DNA of 64,000 nt from Synechococcus sp. (GTDB lineage: Bacteria; Cyanobacteriota; Cyanobacteriia; Thermostichales; PCC-7336): NCBI GenBank assembly GCA_051439605.1, contig JBFRWN010000082.1, positions 1-64,000 of the forward strand, in the 5' to 3' direction. Each line of letters starts with the position of its first letter. Within the stretch, counting starts at the first letter, position 1. The translations under genes and the position numbers were made by a program. Below the pieces are notes generated by a model, which was given only the letters and a program-made list of their open reading frames with translations, ran no database searches and had not been told where the DNA came from. This document shows, in pieces, positions 9,296 to 20,565 of this stretch.

Positions 9296-10312
9296 TTAAG
9301 AGCTGGGTCGATCCAACTCTGTGGAGCTAACCAAACTTTCAGGAATGCGCTCCTCTAAGTCCACTGGAATCACATCGTTGAAGTTTGTGTAGTTCACCAC
9401 CCGACGACCATCGGGCCGGGTAGAAAAAATATCTACAAAGCGGTGGTTCCAAAAAATTTCTTGGGGTAGATAGGAGTGGCGAGCATGAATGGTTTGTGAG
9501 AAAGTTTCGTCCAAACCGGTCATGGTGGCGATCGCCTCCCCCTGCATGTTCATAAACTCCTGGGCGGTCATGCCGTATAAGGGGCTGGAGCGATCGATGG
9601 GATGCATGACTGTCCAGGTGAGGGCAAAAATTGGCGTCTGGGATCTGAGTAACCGCAAATTGTGAAAGCGGTACATTTCTTGCCCCTCATAACTCACCTC
9701 TCTCCGCAGAAGAGACAGTATAATTTGTCCCTCTAAAATTTGATTGCGTCGCAAGTTGCGAATGCGGAACATCAGGGTGGGTATACCGTTGTAACTAGAA
9801 ATCGTTGCTACATCGCTAAACACCACCCGAGCGGTGGGTCGGGATACGCGCGCAAATACTACACCGGTTACGGTCGCCAGCCCCAGCAACCCCACCAAAG
9901 ACTCAAAAGTTACCACCATATCGATGTAGAAGGACGTGGGGTGCATCGCCCCATATCCAAGGGATGCCATTGTTTGCACGCTAAAGAAAAAGGCATCCCA
10001 AAACGACCCAGGGGTAGCATTTGCAATTCCCTCGGAATCGAAAAGATAGAGCAGGGCGAACACACCGTTAGCTACGAGGTAGAGCAGAAACGTCAGAGCG
10101 AAAAACCCCGACCAAGGGATCGTCATCAAGACGTGATACAGATCGCCCCAAGGGGAACGATCGTCCCCAATGCGTATAACGTTGGGTAGACCGTTGCGAG
10201 TAATCACTCGATTCTCGAAGCAAGGGCTCTTCGGATTCTTCCAACGGCTTAAGCGGAAGCGAAAGCGTTGCAAGATTCGGCTCGAAAGCTCTAATACAGG
10301 CTGAATGCTCAT
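9296..10312 (-). CDS. Inward-rectifier potassium channel (KirBac-like)
   Basis: DAFFFSVQTMASLGYG pore, FARVSRPTARVVFS, PTLMFRI, WTVMHPID. Confidence 0.92.
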   Translation of the reverse strand: MSIQPVLELSSRILQRFRFRLSRWKNPKSPCFENRVITRNGLPNVIRIGDDRSPWGDLYHVLMTIPWSGFFALTFLLYLVANGVFALLYLFDSEGIANATPGSFWDAFFFSVQTMASLGYGAMHPTSFYIDMVVTFESLVGLLGLATVTGVVFARVSRPTARVVFSDVATISSYNGIPTLMFRIRNLRRNQILEGQIILSLLRREVSYEGQEMYRFHNLRLLRSQTPIFALTWTVMHPIDRSSPLYGMTAQEFMNMQGEAIATMTGLDETFSQTIHARHSYLPQEIFWNHRFVDIFSTRPDGRRVVNYTNFNDVIPVDLEERIPESLVSSTELDRPSS

Positions 10313-10452
10313 GGCGTCAGCAATAAGGAGAGGGGAGTATCAAGTACGATGCTTTCACTTAGCATAACCACCATTGGTTCGATATAACTGCTTGGTGGCT
10401 AACCCCTCAGTTCAGCCTGAAAAGCAAAGCATCGGCAAAATGCTAATGCAGG

Positions 10453-11415
10453 CTAAAAATCAACCTGCACGTTCGCCAACCGACGGCCGCGAGCAACGGT
10501 GAAGACAGCCGATTCGGGACGGCTGTCTAAAAAATTAAGCAGGGTGTTGAGATTGCGGATGGGGGCACCATTAACTGCCAGAATACGATCGCCCGGTCGA
10601 ATTCGGATGCGATCGGCGATCGAGCCCGGCTCCACTCGCTGAACCCTCAGAGTTTGGATATCTACAGCAACCCCAAGTTTGGGGGGAGGAGCCATTTGAG
10701 AGCTCCCGAAAGGACCGCGAGCGGACGTACTAGGGGCAGCGGCGATCGCGGGACCGTCCCCTGCTCGGGCGAGAAAAGACTGAGCAGATGGGGCGCTGGT
10801 GGCAAAACCTATGCCAATGTTTCCTCGTCCACCTGGGCTGAGGATAGCCTTATTGACACCGATCAGCTCCCCAAGGGAGTTGAGCAAGGGGCCCCCTGAA
10901 TTACCGGGGTTGATGGCGGCATCCGTTTGCAAATCGCCATTAGCATCGATGCGGCTAAGAATTCCCGTGGTGAATGTTCCATCTAAACCAAAGGGATTGC
11001 CGATCGCGTAGACCTTTTGTCCTACCCGAATATTCTCGCGGGGGGCAAACGGAATTGTGGGGAAATCCTCGTTAGCGTTGACACGCACCAGTGCTAAGTC
11101 ATTGGTGCGATCGATCGCTACCACATTTCCCGCATAAGTCCGTCGTTCTGCAGTGATCACTTGGACCCGCCGAGCCCCACGAACCACATGCTCGTTGGTC
11201 AAGATCAGGCCAGATGAATCGATAAAAGTACCTGTGCCCGCTCCCCCGCGGGTGTTGATGGTGACAACGGCAGGACGGGCGCTGTTGTAAACGTCGATGG
11301 TTGTTTGCTCATCAGCCTGAAACTGAGCCAATGCAGGTTGAACGGGGAGCGCCAGTATGGGAGCAGTCAGCAGAACAATCGGCAAAAGCGGAAAAAGAAT
11401 GCGGCTGTGGTTCAC
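10453..11415 (-). CDS. HtrA/Deg-family serine protease with PDZ domain
   Basis: Signal peptide, LTNEHVV, DLAL, QTDAAINPGNSGGPLLN, C-terminal PDZ (PGDRILAVNG). Confidence 0.92.
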   Translation of the reverse strand: MNHSRILFPLLPIVLLTAPILALPVQPALAQFQADEQTTIDVYNSARPAVVTINTRGGAGTGTFIDSSGLILTNEHVVRGARRVQVITAERRTYAGNVVAIDRTNDLALVRVNANEDFPTIPFAPRENIRVGQKVYAIGNPFGLDGTFTTGILSRIDANGDLQTDAAINPGNSGGPLLNSLGELIGVNKAILSPGGRGNIGIGFATSAPSAQSFLARAGDGPAIAAAPSTSARGPFGSSQMAPPPKLGVAVDIQTLRVQRVEPGSIADRIRIRPGDRILAVNGAPIRNLNTLLNFLDSRPESAVFTVARGRRLANVQVDF

Positions 11416-11633
11416 GATCGCAACGTTCCCATAGACGGAGCCTTTAAATCTTAAACAATGAAAATCAGCTATCTAAGGGGTAGCTGCTACAAATGGCATG
11501 CTATTTCCCGCAATGATATCCACTTGTGTATGGTTCAAGTGGACAATAGCCAGTTCTCCCTCATGCCTCTATTCTGAGGTGCTTTCAACACTATTCGATC
11601 GCACCTGAAGCAACCGGCTTGGATTGCTATTGC

Positions 11634-12527
11634 CTACAAACAGAGCTTGCTCGCCCAAGCATCCACCAGCTTGTTGACTTGAGCGGGAACTTCGTCATGG
11701 GGGCAATGGCCAGCATTCAAAAAGTGTTCGGTGAGTTGAGGGTAATGTTGGCGAAATTGGGCCGAGCGCGAGCGTGTATTCATCCAAGGATCCCCTTCCC
11801 CCCATATCGTCAACAGGGGTTTTTCTAGCTGTTGAAGCAACTCATCGACTTTGGCCCCCTGCCGAGACTGGAACACTGACCGGAAAACAGTCACAGCCCC
11901 AGGGTCGCAGGAGGGTTTGTAGATCTCTTCGATCAGGCGATCGGTGACGGCGGTTGGGTCTACGTAAACTTTTTCCAAGGTTTTTCGGATGGTCGATTTA
12001 CGCCGCACGAACTGAAACAGCAGGTAACTAGCCCAGGGCTGCAGTAACAGCGAACGGGTGACCTTGCCGAGGGTATCTTTTATCGGGCTTTTAGGAGGGG
12101 CAGGGTCGGTGGTGGCAAAGGGGCCGGCGCTATTAAGTAGAACGATCCCTGCCGCAGATTCGGGACGCTGCGCCCCCACACACAAGGCGGCATATCCTCC
12201 CAAAGAATTGCCCAAAATAATCGTCGGTCTCCCGATTTTAGCCTGAATGAAGTCATGCAGCTGATCCCGCCAGAGATCCCCGCAGTATTTCGTATCGGCT
12301 TTGTCCGATCGTCCAAATCCTAAGAGGTCGATGGCCCATACTTGATAATTTTGGCTCAGCGGTCCAATATTCTTACGCCAGTGATCGGTAGATGCCCCAA
12401 ATCCATGAACGCACAGCAATGGAGGCTTGTGGAGGGGTGATTCCCCAGACCGTACGTAATGGATGGAGTGCGATCGCCATTGCCAATATTGGTTGGCACA
12501 ACCACCATGTTTTGTAACCGCTTGCAT
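11634..12527 (-). CDS. Alpha/beta fold hydrolase
   Basis: HGFGASTDHW, IDLLGFGRS, GNSLGG, AGHCPHDE. Confidence 0.9.
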   Translation of the reverse strand: MQAVTKHGGCANQYWQWRSHSIHYVRSGESPLHKPPLLCVHGFGASTDHWRKNIGPLSQNYQVWAIDLLGFGRSDKADTKYCGDLWRDQLHDFIQAKIGRPTIILGNSLGGYAALCVGAQRPESAAGIVLLNSAGPFATTDPAPPKSPIKDTLGKVTRSLLLQPWASYLLFQFVRRKSTIRKTLEKVYVDPTAVTDRLIEEIYKPSCDPGAVTVFRSVFQSRQGAKVDELLQQLEKPLLTIWGEGDPWMNTRSRSAQFRQHYPQLTEHFLNAGHCPHDEVPAQVNKLVDAWASKLCL

Positions 12528-12795
12528 TATTAAATAATCCTAAAATTTTATGTCTTTTCAGTTTTCATTGTAAGTTGAAAAACTGTCCGATTTGGCGGTG
12601 CCTGACGTTGCCTATTCTCTTGTGGCGCATAGGTTGTGTCTGCCATAAGAGGGGCGATCCCCAGACCTGGATAGTGAGGTTGAGATCGGATGAAGCCATA
12701 AAATTTGATAGGAAGGTGGTCGATACGTAAACTTATGTGCCACTCTCTTTGCGTAAAATATGAAGGATTACTAACCTTGCATAAGCGGAGTACTC

Positions 12796-13185
12796 GTGCA
12801 GAGCACCCCTTCAGACTTTCCAGCTAAATGGACTCCCAGTATTTGGAAGCCAATCGCTTTTGCTGTCGTTCTGGTGATGGTGATTTTTGGCTTTTTATTT
12901 ATTGGTTTGTCCCAATGGCATCAACCGGATTCCTATACTCAGGCAGTGTTGCAGGAGGTAGGTAACCCCGAAGAAGGCAAGGTGTTGTTTGCCCTCAACT
13001 GTTCTGGTTGCCACGGTTCTGGGGGAGATGGGCGCGTTGGCCCCAGCTTGCACGGTGTGAGCGAACGGCGGTCGGACATTTCGCTGATCGAACAGGTTAC
13101 TAGCGGAAAGACGCTTCCCATGCCTCAGTTTCAGCCCGAGCCATCCGAAATGGCCCACCTGCTCAGCTACCTAAAGAGCTTGTAG
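12796..13185 (+). CDS. cytM: Cytochrome cM
   Basis: N-terminal hydrophobic helix, NCSGCHG haem motif, GRVGPSL, MPQFQP. Confidence 0.88.
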   Translation: MQSTPSDFPAKWTPSIWKPIAFAVVLVMVIFGFLFIGLSQWHQPDSYTQAVLQEVGNPEEGKVLFALNCSGCHGSGGDGRVGPSLHGVSERRSDISLIEQVTSGKTLPMPQFQPEPSEMAHLLSYLKSL

Positions 13186-13244
13186 CCTCCACTCTTTCAC
13201 CGATCCAATCGCCTTCTGAAGCAGTCATACATTCAGATTCAAGT

Positions 13245-13290
13245 CGAAAAACGCGGTGAGTGTCCGATTGGACACTCACCGCGTTTTTCG
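13245..13290. terminator. Bidirectional intrinsic terminator between convergent cytM and por
   Basis: Perfect 21-bp inverted repeat CGAAAAACGCGGTGAGTGTCC-gatt-GGACACTCACCGCGTTTTTCG with A5/T5 tracts. Confidence 0.85.
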
Positions 13291-13335
13291 GTTCGCAAAG
13301 AGCTATTTTCCTCAGGAGGTTGAGATGCTAGCGCC

Positions 13336-14331
<996 letters not shown>

Positions 14332-14548
14332 CTATTCTCAGGATCTCACGACAAATCGTTGGCTACCAGGCATGCAATAAAGCTTAAGCACCTCCTCAGT
14401 TTGCATGGAGGCCACGACACCATTGCTTGTTTTCAAGACGACCCACCAAAAGGTTTAACCCACCGAGTCAAAACCGACAACCTGCTGCCTCTAGCTAGAG
14501 GTAAGACGATGTTCTAGCTGAAGAACTCAGGAGACTCCAGCAAGGGAT

Positions 14549-15727
14549 TTACTCGAGAGCAATGGCCCCCAGAATAGTGTTTTGGTAGTAGTAGTCGAGA
14601 ATTTGGCGGTAGTGCCATCCCTGCATGGCTAATCCGTGGGCTCCCCACTGGCTCATGCCGATGCCATGCCCAAATCCCTGTCCCGTCAATACAAAGACAG
14701 TAGGAGGGAGATGCCTTTGCGACGCAGCACTTGAGGGTACCGTCGGACCGATCGCATCTACCTCAAACAGAGTGCTGCGCAACTCTAGTCGCTGGCGAAA
14801 GGTAATAGCCGAGAACTCTTTGGAGGACTGTGTTCCCCTCAGGCGCATTTGGAGTGCCCGTCCGTTGGGGGTGGACTGGGATACCTCTAGGGCCAGTACG
14901 TCTCCCACCTCGCCAAAAATCCTTTCAAGGCGATCGGGATCGATCTGCTCTTGCCAGGGCATGGCTGGAGAGACGTGGCTGTCGTTGACTGCCCGCAGAT
15001 AAGGGCGGGCTTCGGACCAGACATCTTCAGAATTTTCTGTGTGTCCACCGGAGGAGGAGTGGAAGACTGAATCGATGGGCTGGCTGTTGTGGGCCAGAAT
15101 TTGACCTCGCGTCAGGTGGGCAGCCTCTTTCGATCGCAGCGTGACGCTTTCCATGCCTTTGTAAACCTGCCAGGTGACACTATCTCCGAGGTCAAAGATC
15201 TCTGACAGGCGGCGGTTGCGGTGGTACAGGGCATAAGTGCGAGCGGCAACTGCTTGAGCCTTAAGAGCTTCGTTGGAAAACCGATCGCCCATTTCAGCCC
15301 CCACGACGCTGGCGATGTAGTCCTCAAGCGGGACGTGGTTAATGGCGGTCAATCCGCCGCCATCGGGGCGTAGCTCGATGCTGCCCCTGTACCAGCGGTC
15401 ATTGATAAACACCATTCCATCGACGGTACTGGGGTGGATAAACAGGCGATCGCTCCTGGTTCCCGACAGATGAACGCGCCCTTCAGAGATGGAGGCGGAG
15501 CGAGGTTTCATGGGGTCGATCTCCCCCACCACTTGGCCGCTGCTGTCCGCGATCTTTCCTGCCACCGAGCTACCGAGGGTGACCTGAGGAGTTTTCTGGA
15601 CGATCGCAATGCGAATCAGTAGTTCTTCTGCTTGGACAGGAAATAGCATCATCATCCACCACAGCAATCCCCAGCTGATTACTCGACTGAACCAGTGGAT
15701 GCCCCACATCGTACGTAGACTCATCAA
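14549..15727 (-). CDS. SpoIID/LytB domain protein
   Basis: LEDYIASVVGAEM, EALKAQAVAARTYA, GFGHGIGMSQWGA. Confidence 0.92.
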   Translation of the reverse strand: MMSLRTMWGIHWFSRVISWGLLWWMMMLFPVQAEELLIRIAIVQKTPQVTLGSSVAGKIADSSGQVVGEIDPMKPRSASISEGRVHLSGTRSDRLFIHPSTVDGMVFINDRWYRGSIELRPDGGGLTAINHVPLEDYIASVVGAEMGDRFSNEALKAQAVAARTYALYHRNRRLSEIFDLGDSVTWQVYKGMESVTLRSKEAAHLTRGQILAHNSQPIDSVFHSSSGGHTENSEDVWSEARPYLRAVNDSHVSPAMPWQEQIDPDRLERIFGEVGDVLALEVSQSTPNGRALQMRLRGTQSSKEFSAITFRQRLELRSTLFEVDAIGPTVPSSAASQRHLPPTVFVLTGQGFGHGIGMSQWGAHGLAMQGWHYRQILDYYYQNTILGAIALE

Positions 15728-15987
15728 TGTTTACGGTGTTTGTGTTTGTCAAAGAATTGCGCACTGTTGGGCGGTTTGCACTGGATTTAGCGCCACTAAC
15801 TACCCAATCGATCTGTTCTACAAGTCACGAGTGACCCTATCAAAATTTGCCCCGTCCATCACCCTGACTGTGCAGAGCAGTTCCATGTTGAAGAAGCCCA
15901 TTGGGCGAAACTATCTGGAGAAAATGTCTGGCTTTGCTGGGTCTTGGGTCGATCTCGGGCGATCTGTAGATGGGAGCGCCATCAGAA

Positions 15988-17670
15988 TCAGACGGAATTG
16001 GACTGTTCGATGGTGTCCAACAGCTGTTGACGGTATGTTTGCCAGTCGGCGATCGCCGTGGGTAGAGACTCACCATTCCGTTGCAGCAATAGGTTTCCGT
16101 CCACAAACTGTTTGAGACTGTAGTCACCGCTCTCGAGCAGTCGATCGATGGTGGCGATGCTGCTGGAGAGAAGCTGGCGATCGCGCTTAAAAGCCACTTG
16201 GTAGCGCTCCAGCCGCCATAGGTCAGCGGCTACGTAGTCCACTGGCACTGTCCCTCGGTCGTCGGTGTTGAGTTCGAGTGTACTGGGGAATCTGACCAAC
16301 TCTCGGCGGCCGGAGAGATGCGGAATGATGTACGTAGAGGCGGACACGCTTGCATCTACAGGTATATCCGCCAGTAATCCATAAAGATTGTGGCTGTGTC
16401 TGACTTGTTCGGGCCAAGAAACGTAGACGCGGGGAACGTAGGAATCGGGCAGCAGAAAATAGAGGGTTCGGTTGGGACTAAAAGCCAGACAGACTAGGGC
16501 CGATACAGCGATACAAAAGGTCCACCAGCGGCGGAATTTGGGCTTCAGGGGTCTGCTCACAAGTTGTTCTAGTGGCCGCCAAAAGTTCTGCAATCCACGC
16601 CCCGACCACCACAGAATTGTTCCGTAAAACAATCCAGGTACCACGGTCATGGCGTAACGAATGTTCAGAGACAGCACCGCTCCTTTGGCCGCCAAAATCT
16701 GCAGCAGTGGCGGTCCCGCCATCAACCAGCTTGCCGGTGCAACGATCGGGATCAAGGCCAATGGCAGCGATTGTCCCAAAATGTAGAGAAGGGTGGTTTC
16801 CACAGGCATGAATATTTCGGCGACAAACCGCCAGGGCTGGCGCAGGATACCGATAACTAGGTCGAAGATGGTGGCCTCGTCGATGCGATCGCCCAGGTAA
16901 ACCAGGTACTGCCCGAAGCGCTCTTGCAAAAATCGTTTGGAGACATCTTCTGAGAACAACGGCATCAGCTGGCTGGTGACCACCACCACGTAAAGTAAGC
17001 TTCCCAAGCACACGGCAGCCCCAATACGGGGAAAGCGACGGCTGGCAAACATATAGAGCCCGACACCAAACAGCACCACACCGCTGTCTTCCCTGACAGC
17101 CAAAGTGCACAGACACAGGGGCACAAACCACCACCACCAACGCTTTTCCATTGCCAGGAGCAGACCGAACAGGAACAGGGGTATTTGGCAGATGTCGTGG
17201 AAGTTTGCCAGTGTTGGCCCCAAGACGGCGTTGGCGCAGTAGAAGCTAATGGCGATCGCCACCGAGGTGGGTGGTTCTAGATAATGGCGGGCCAGTGTAA
17301 ACAGGACTAGACCTGCAGCGGTGACAAGGGTGACCTGAAGCACCGTTAGGGTGGCGGGGTAAGGAAAGAGCGCGTAGAGGGGCCACCACAGCAGCAGGGC
17401 GGGGGTGAAATGTTGCCCGAGGCGGCGGTAAAAGACGGAGGGGGATTCGCCGCTGTGGACAACGTTGGTTGAGAGTTGGGAGGAAAGTGAGCTTTGGAAG
17501 AATCTGCCATGCAGGTTGTTCCAGAACACCTGATTAAAGATGCCTTGGTCGTAGTCGGAATAGAAGGTGAAGTGGCGGTTGAGGGTGAGGGCCAGGGTGA
17601 GGGTGAAGAAGATGGCAGCAGCTGCGATCGCCCATTTCCAGCCATTTTGTTGTGCGAGTTTCCCTTGCAT
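15988..17670 (-). CDS. DUF2079-like polytopic membrane protein (glycosyltransferase-like)
   Basis: YDQGIFNQVFWN, LGQHFTP, NFHD, multiple TM helices. Confidence 0.8.
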   Translation of the reverse strand: MQGKLAQQNGWKWAIAAAAIFFTLTLALTLNRHFTFYSDYDQGIFNQVFWNNLHGRFFQSSLSSQLSTNVVHSGESPSVFYRRLGQHFTPALLLWWPLYALFPYPATLTVLQVTLVTAAGLVLFTLARHYLEPPTSVAIAISFYCANAVLGPTLANFHDICQIPLFLFGLLLAMEKRWWWWFVPLCLCTLAVREDSGVVLFGVGLYMFASRRFPRIGAAVCLGSLLYVVVVTSQLMPLFSEDVSKRFLQERFGQYLVYLGDRIDEATIFDLVIGILRQPWRFVAEIFMPVETTLLYILGQSLPLALIPIVAPASWLMAGPPLLQILAAKGAVLSLNIRYAMTVVPGLFYGTILWWSGRGLQNFWRPLEQLVSRPLKPKFRRWWTFCIAVSALVCLAFSPNRTLYFLLPDSYVPRVYVSWPEQVRHSHNLYGLLADIPVDASVSASTYIIPHLSGRRELVRFPSTLELNTDDRGTVPVDYVAADLWRLERYQVAFKRDRQLLSSSIATIDRLLESGDYSLKQFVDGNLLLQRNGESLPTAIADWQTYRQQLLDTIEQSNSV

Positions 17671-18789
17671 CCAAGTTATGGGGTGAGGTGGCAGACCAAT
17701 TATCGGGCATATGCTGCTAGGCGAGAATTTCCTGGGCGATGTGTTACTAGTAAATATCTTTGTTGGGGCGCGAGCTTTACATCCAAGTGTTGGTGTTGCT
17801 CTCTAGGTCTAGAGAGTCTTCCGGAATGTCTCTACGCGTTGCACCGTGTTTAACATGACCAGTTGATGGACAGTAGCAGATTCCCATCCTCTACACCACC
17901 CAATAGCTGATTGCGACTTATTCCCAATAATAAAAATTAATGTGACAATGCCCAGATCGAGGTGTTTTTTGGCGAATAAAACATGACAGGGCAATCGCAT
18001 TTCAATCGAATTTTCAAACCACTGTAATCTGCTCCAATATTTGACTGCACAATCAAGATTCTGTCTCAACCAAAGCTCCAGAATTGAGTGTGCTGGTGCC
18101 AGCCTGACATCCATCTTCTAGGACTTGACCTGCCTCAGTTAGTCCGTGAACTGCTTAAACTTAAGTCTCTCATCGATCTGCACCCCTCTTCAGCCAGCAA
18201 CATTAGCCGCCAAGATTTTCATCAGGACGTGATTGTTCGTACTGGCCAGGGCTGTTTCATGGTAAAAATCACCATTTCATGACTTGACGAGAACGCGTCA
18301 CTTTAGACTTTCATTGATGCTCCCTGTTAATGGCTGGAAGGCAGCAAGCTCTATGTTTGCATCTGGAATGAAATGCTCCTGCATTGAAAGCTCTGAGTCA
18401 ATTGAATATTTGTGGCTTGCCGTAATATCAGATTGGCTACTCTCGGATGGGATCCTAGGGGGTGACAGTTTACAGTCGAGATACGTGGGGAATTGGTCTG
18501 ACAGACGTCATCTATTTAAGGTAGGGCTGAGCAACCCAGCAGCAACTGCCCATTAGCCCAAAGACTAAACAATTAATCAAGATACAGAAGCCTACAGTAT
18601 TGGAATTAACAAATGGGAACAGGCTGAGTAAATATTATACAATTTAGAAAAATATAAAGTATCAAAACAATCTATTCCGCCCTTGCATAGGCAAAAATAT
18701 ACTCATTTTATGGAGGTGATAGTTTATGTTAAGGTGCTCTCTATAATGCTGGGTGGTTGCAAAATAAGGTCAAAGGAGATGTTCTTGCC

Positions 18790-19776
18790 ATGGTACTAGA
18801 AGTGAGCCGTGTGAACTCATTAACAAGATTCACGGTGGTTGATTTAGGTGTCCGGAGAACGTATAGCCTCAATGACGATACCTACTTTATCGGCCGAAAC
18901 TTCGACAACACGATTCGTTTAAAAGATGAATGTGTTTCAAAGTATCATGCGAGGATTTCTCGCGTTAAGGACAAAAACGCGCCTCTAGGTTACATTTACC
19001 TTCTTGAAGACGGCGGAAATGATTCGGTAGGCAGTACGAATGGCACAGAAGTTAACGGAAGACGAATTAGCTCTCATATTCTGAAACCAGGAGATTGCAT
19101 CAAGTTTGGCCCTAACTGCTCTGCTTTCTACTCAGAGATTAATCTTGAGGGTGGCCAAGACGAAGATTCTACAGTATTTGTTGAGCCATCTACAGTATTT
19201 GTTGAGCCAAATAGACCCATATCGACCCCAACTCCTTCTTTATTGGCGCCAATTGCAAAAGATGCCAAACACAGTCTGAAATCCTTGAAAGTGGGATTAG
19301 TTATCACCGGTGTACTTGCCGGCTCGCTGCTCGCATACTTTTCACTGCGCAGTCTGATGTCAGTCCTTCGCCCCGAGTTAATCGGTTACGAGACCACCGA
19401 GGCTGTAGCCTCTTTCGAGCTACTAGAAAAGAGCATCCCCACCAATGCTGCACGATGCTTCCGAGACTCCAGCGAATTCAAGGACGGTACGCTGGGAACT
19501 GCTTCCTGTAATTTGATTCAAGAAGAGACTCTTGCTCTGAGCAAAGCTACCACGGCCATCGAGGAGGCTTGCATGGATGGGGCGATAAGCCGCCGTATAT
19601 GCAAGCTACTAGAGACCCGTATTAGCCAGGTCAATGCAATAACGACGGCAGTTTCTGAAGGGAGCTTACTACAAGCTGACTACCAAGAAGGCAAGTATCT
19701 TTCGCCCATGCAATCGGCCCAGCTCAGAGCAAGCATTCGCAGGCTTAGTAACCTAGCTCCACTTGAGAGGCAATGA
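18790..19776 (+). CDS. FHA domain protein with one TM helix
   Basis: IGRNFDN, VSKYHA, STNGTEVNG, LKPGDCIKFG; AAGGAG RBS before ATG 18790; TM segment VGLVITGVLAGSLLAYF. Confidence 0.85.
   Translation: MVLEVSRVNSLTRFTVVDLGVRRTYSLNDDTYFIGRNFDNTIRLKDECVSKYHARISRVKDKNAPLGYIYLLEDGGNDSVGSTNGTEVNGRRISSHILKPGDCIKFGPNCSAFYSEINLEGGQDEDSTVFVEPSTVFVEPNRPISTPTPSLLAPIAKDAKHSLKSLKVGLVITGVLAGSLLAYFSLRSLMSVLRPELIGYETTEAVASFELLEKSIPTNAARCFRDSSEFKDGTLGTASCNLIQEETLALSKATTAIEEACMDGAISRRICKLLETRISQVNAITTAVSEGSLLQADYQEGKYLSPMQSAQLRASIRRLSNLAPLERQ
19168..19209 (+). repeat. 21-bp perfect tandem duplication (STVFVEP x2)
   Basis: TCTACAGTATTTGTTGAGCCA repeated twice in frame. Confidence 0.9.
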
Positions 19777-19915
19777 GCTGCCTTTGCGATTTCTAGCTCT
19801 CGACCGACCCCAGATCTCACAGAGTCTTGTAAATCTGTAGCGGAGTTTTCCTGTTGAGAGCCCCCATTCATGGCTCTAGCTTTAACTAATTGAACGCTTC
19901 AAAAATCGAATCTGA

Positions 19916-20361
19916 AGGGATGCTTCAAGTAAGCCCCTCAGAAATGATGTTTATACATTGCGGCTTGGCTGGATAAGCCGGTCGTGAACCACGGAAGAAA
20001 AACGGACTACAAGCTTTGGTATACGGATAATTGGGGTGGGTACGAGCGTGTTCTGCCCCGAGATGATTCACATCATTAGGAAGCAAAATACTCAGCGATT
20101 AGAACGCACCAATGGCATCATTCGTCAGCAGACTGCTCGCTGGCAAAGCCTGCGGCAGGCTAAAGCCAGCGACGGCAAAACAAATTTGGCAAACTGTGGG
20201 AGCAGACCAAAGTCACGACTCGGTTAGTCGTCAGTTATTTCAACCGGATTTGGTGTCATAGTCGAACAAAGGATACAGCAGCTCAACGAGCTGGAATCGC
20301 CTCTTGTTCTTGGCTCTGGCAGGATATTATCGCCAATACCAAGCTTATCTGAAGCATGACC
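19916..20361 (+). mobile_element. Degenerate IS1-family element (transposase C-terminal fragment, frameshifted)
   Basis: Fragments WYTDNWGGYERVL, HIIRKQNTQRLERTNGIIRQQTARW and RRQNKFGKLWEQTKVTTRLVVSYFN...TAAQRAG in different frames; ATGCTTCA/TGAAGCAT possible terminal inverted repeats. Confidence 0.78.
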
Positions 20362-20565
20362 CTTTCGTTTATTGATGTAGTGAGGATAAATTGCTATTCC
20401 TGCAGGGAGAGAAACATGCTGCCCCCCAACAGCCTTGGTAGTGTTGAGAGGAGTGGCGATTGTTTTGTTCTGGCGATGAAGTCCCCGCGCAAAACAAATC
20501 TTCTGTCCCCACAACAACTCGATAGAATGTGATGTACAGAAAGACTTCACATTCGCATCTATCCA

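Noticed and set aside
17809..18556. Several 60-100 aa ORFs in the gap
   Set aside because: No recognisable domains or consistent strand; cannot be supported as genes.
20362..20565. Possible SAM or cobalamin riboswitch upstream of metH
   Set aside because: Only a loose GATTGTTTTG/CAAAACAAATC inverted repeat; no riboswitch core motifs seen.
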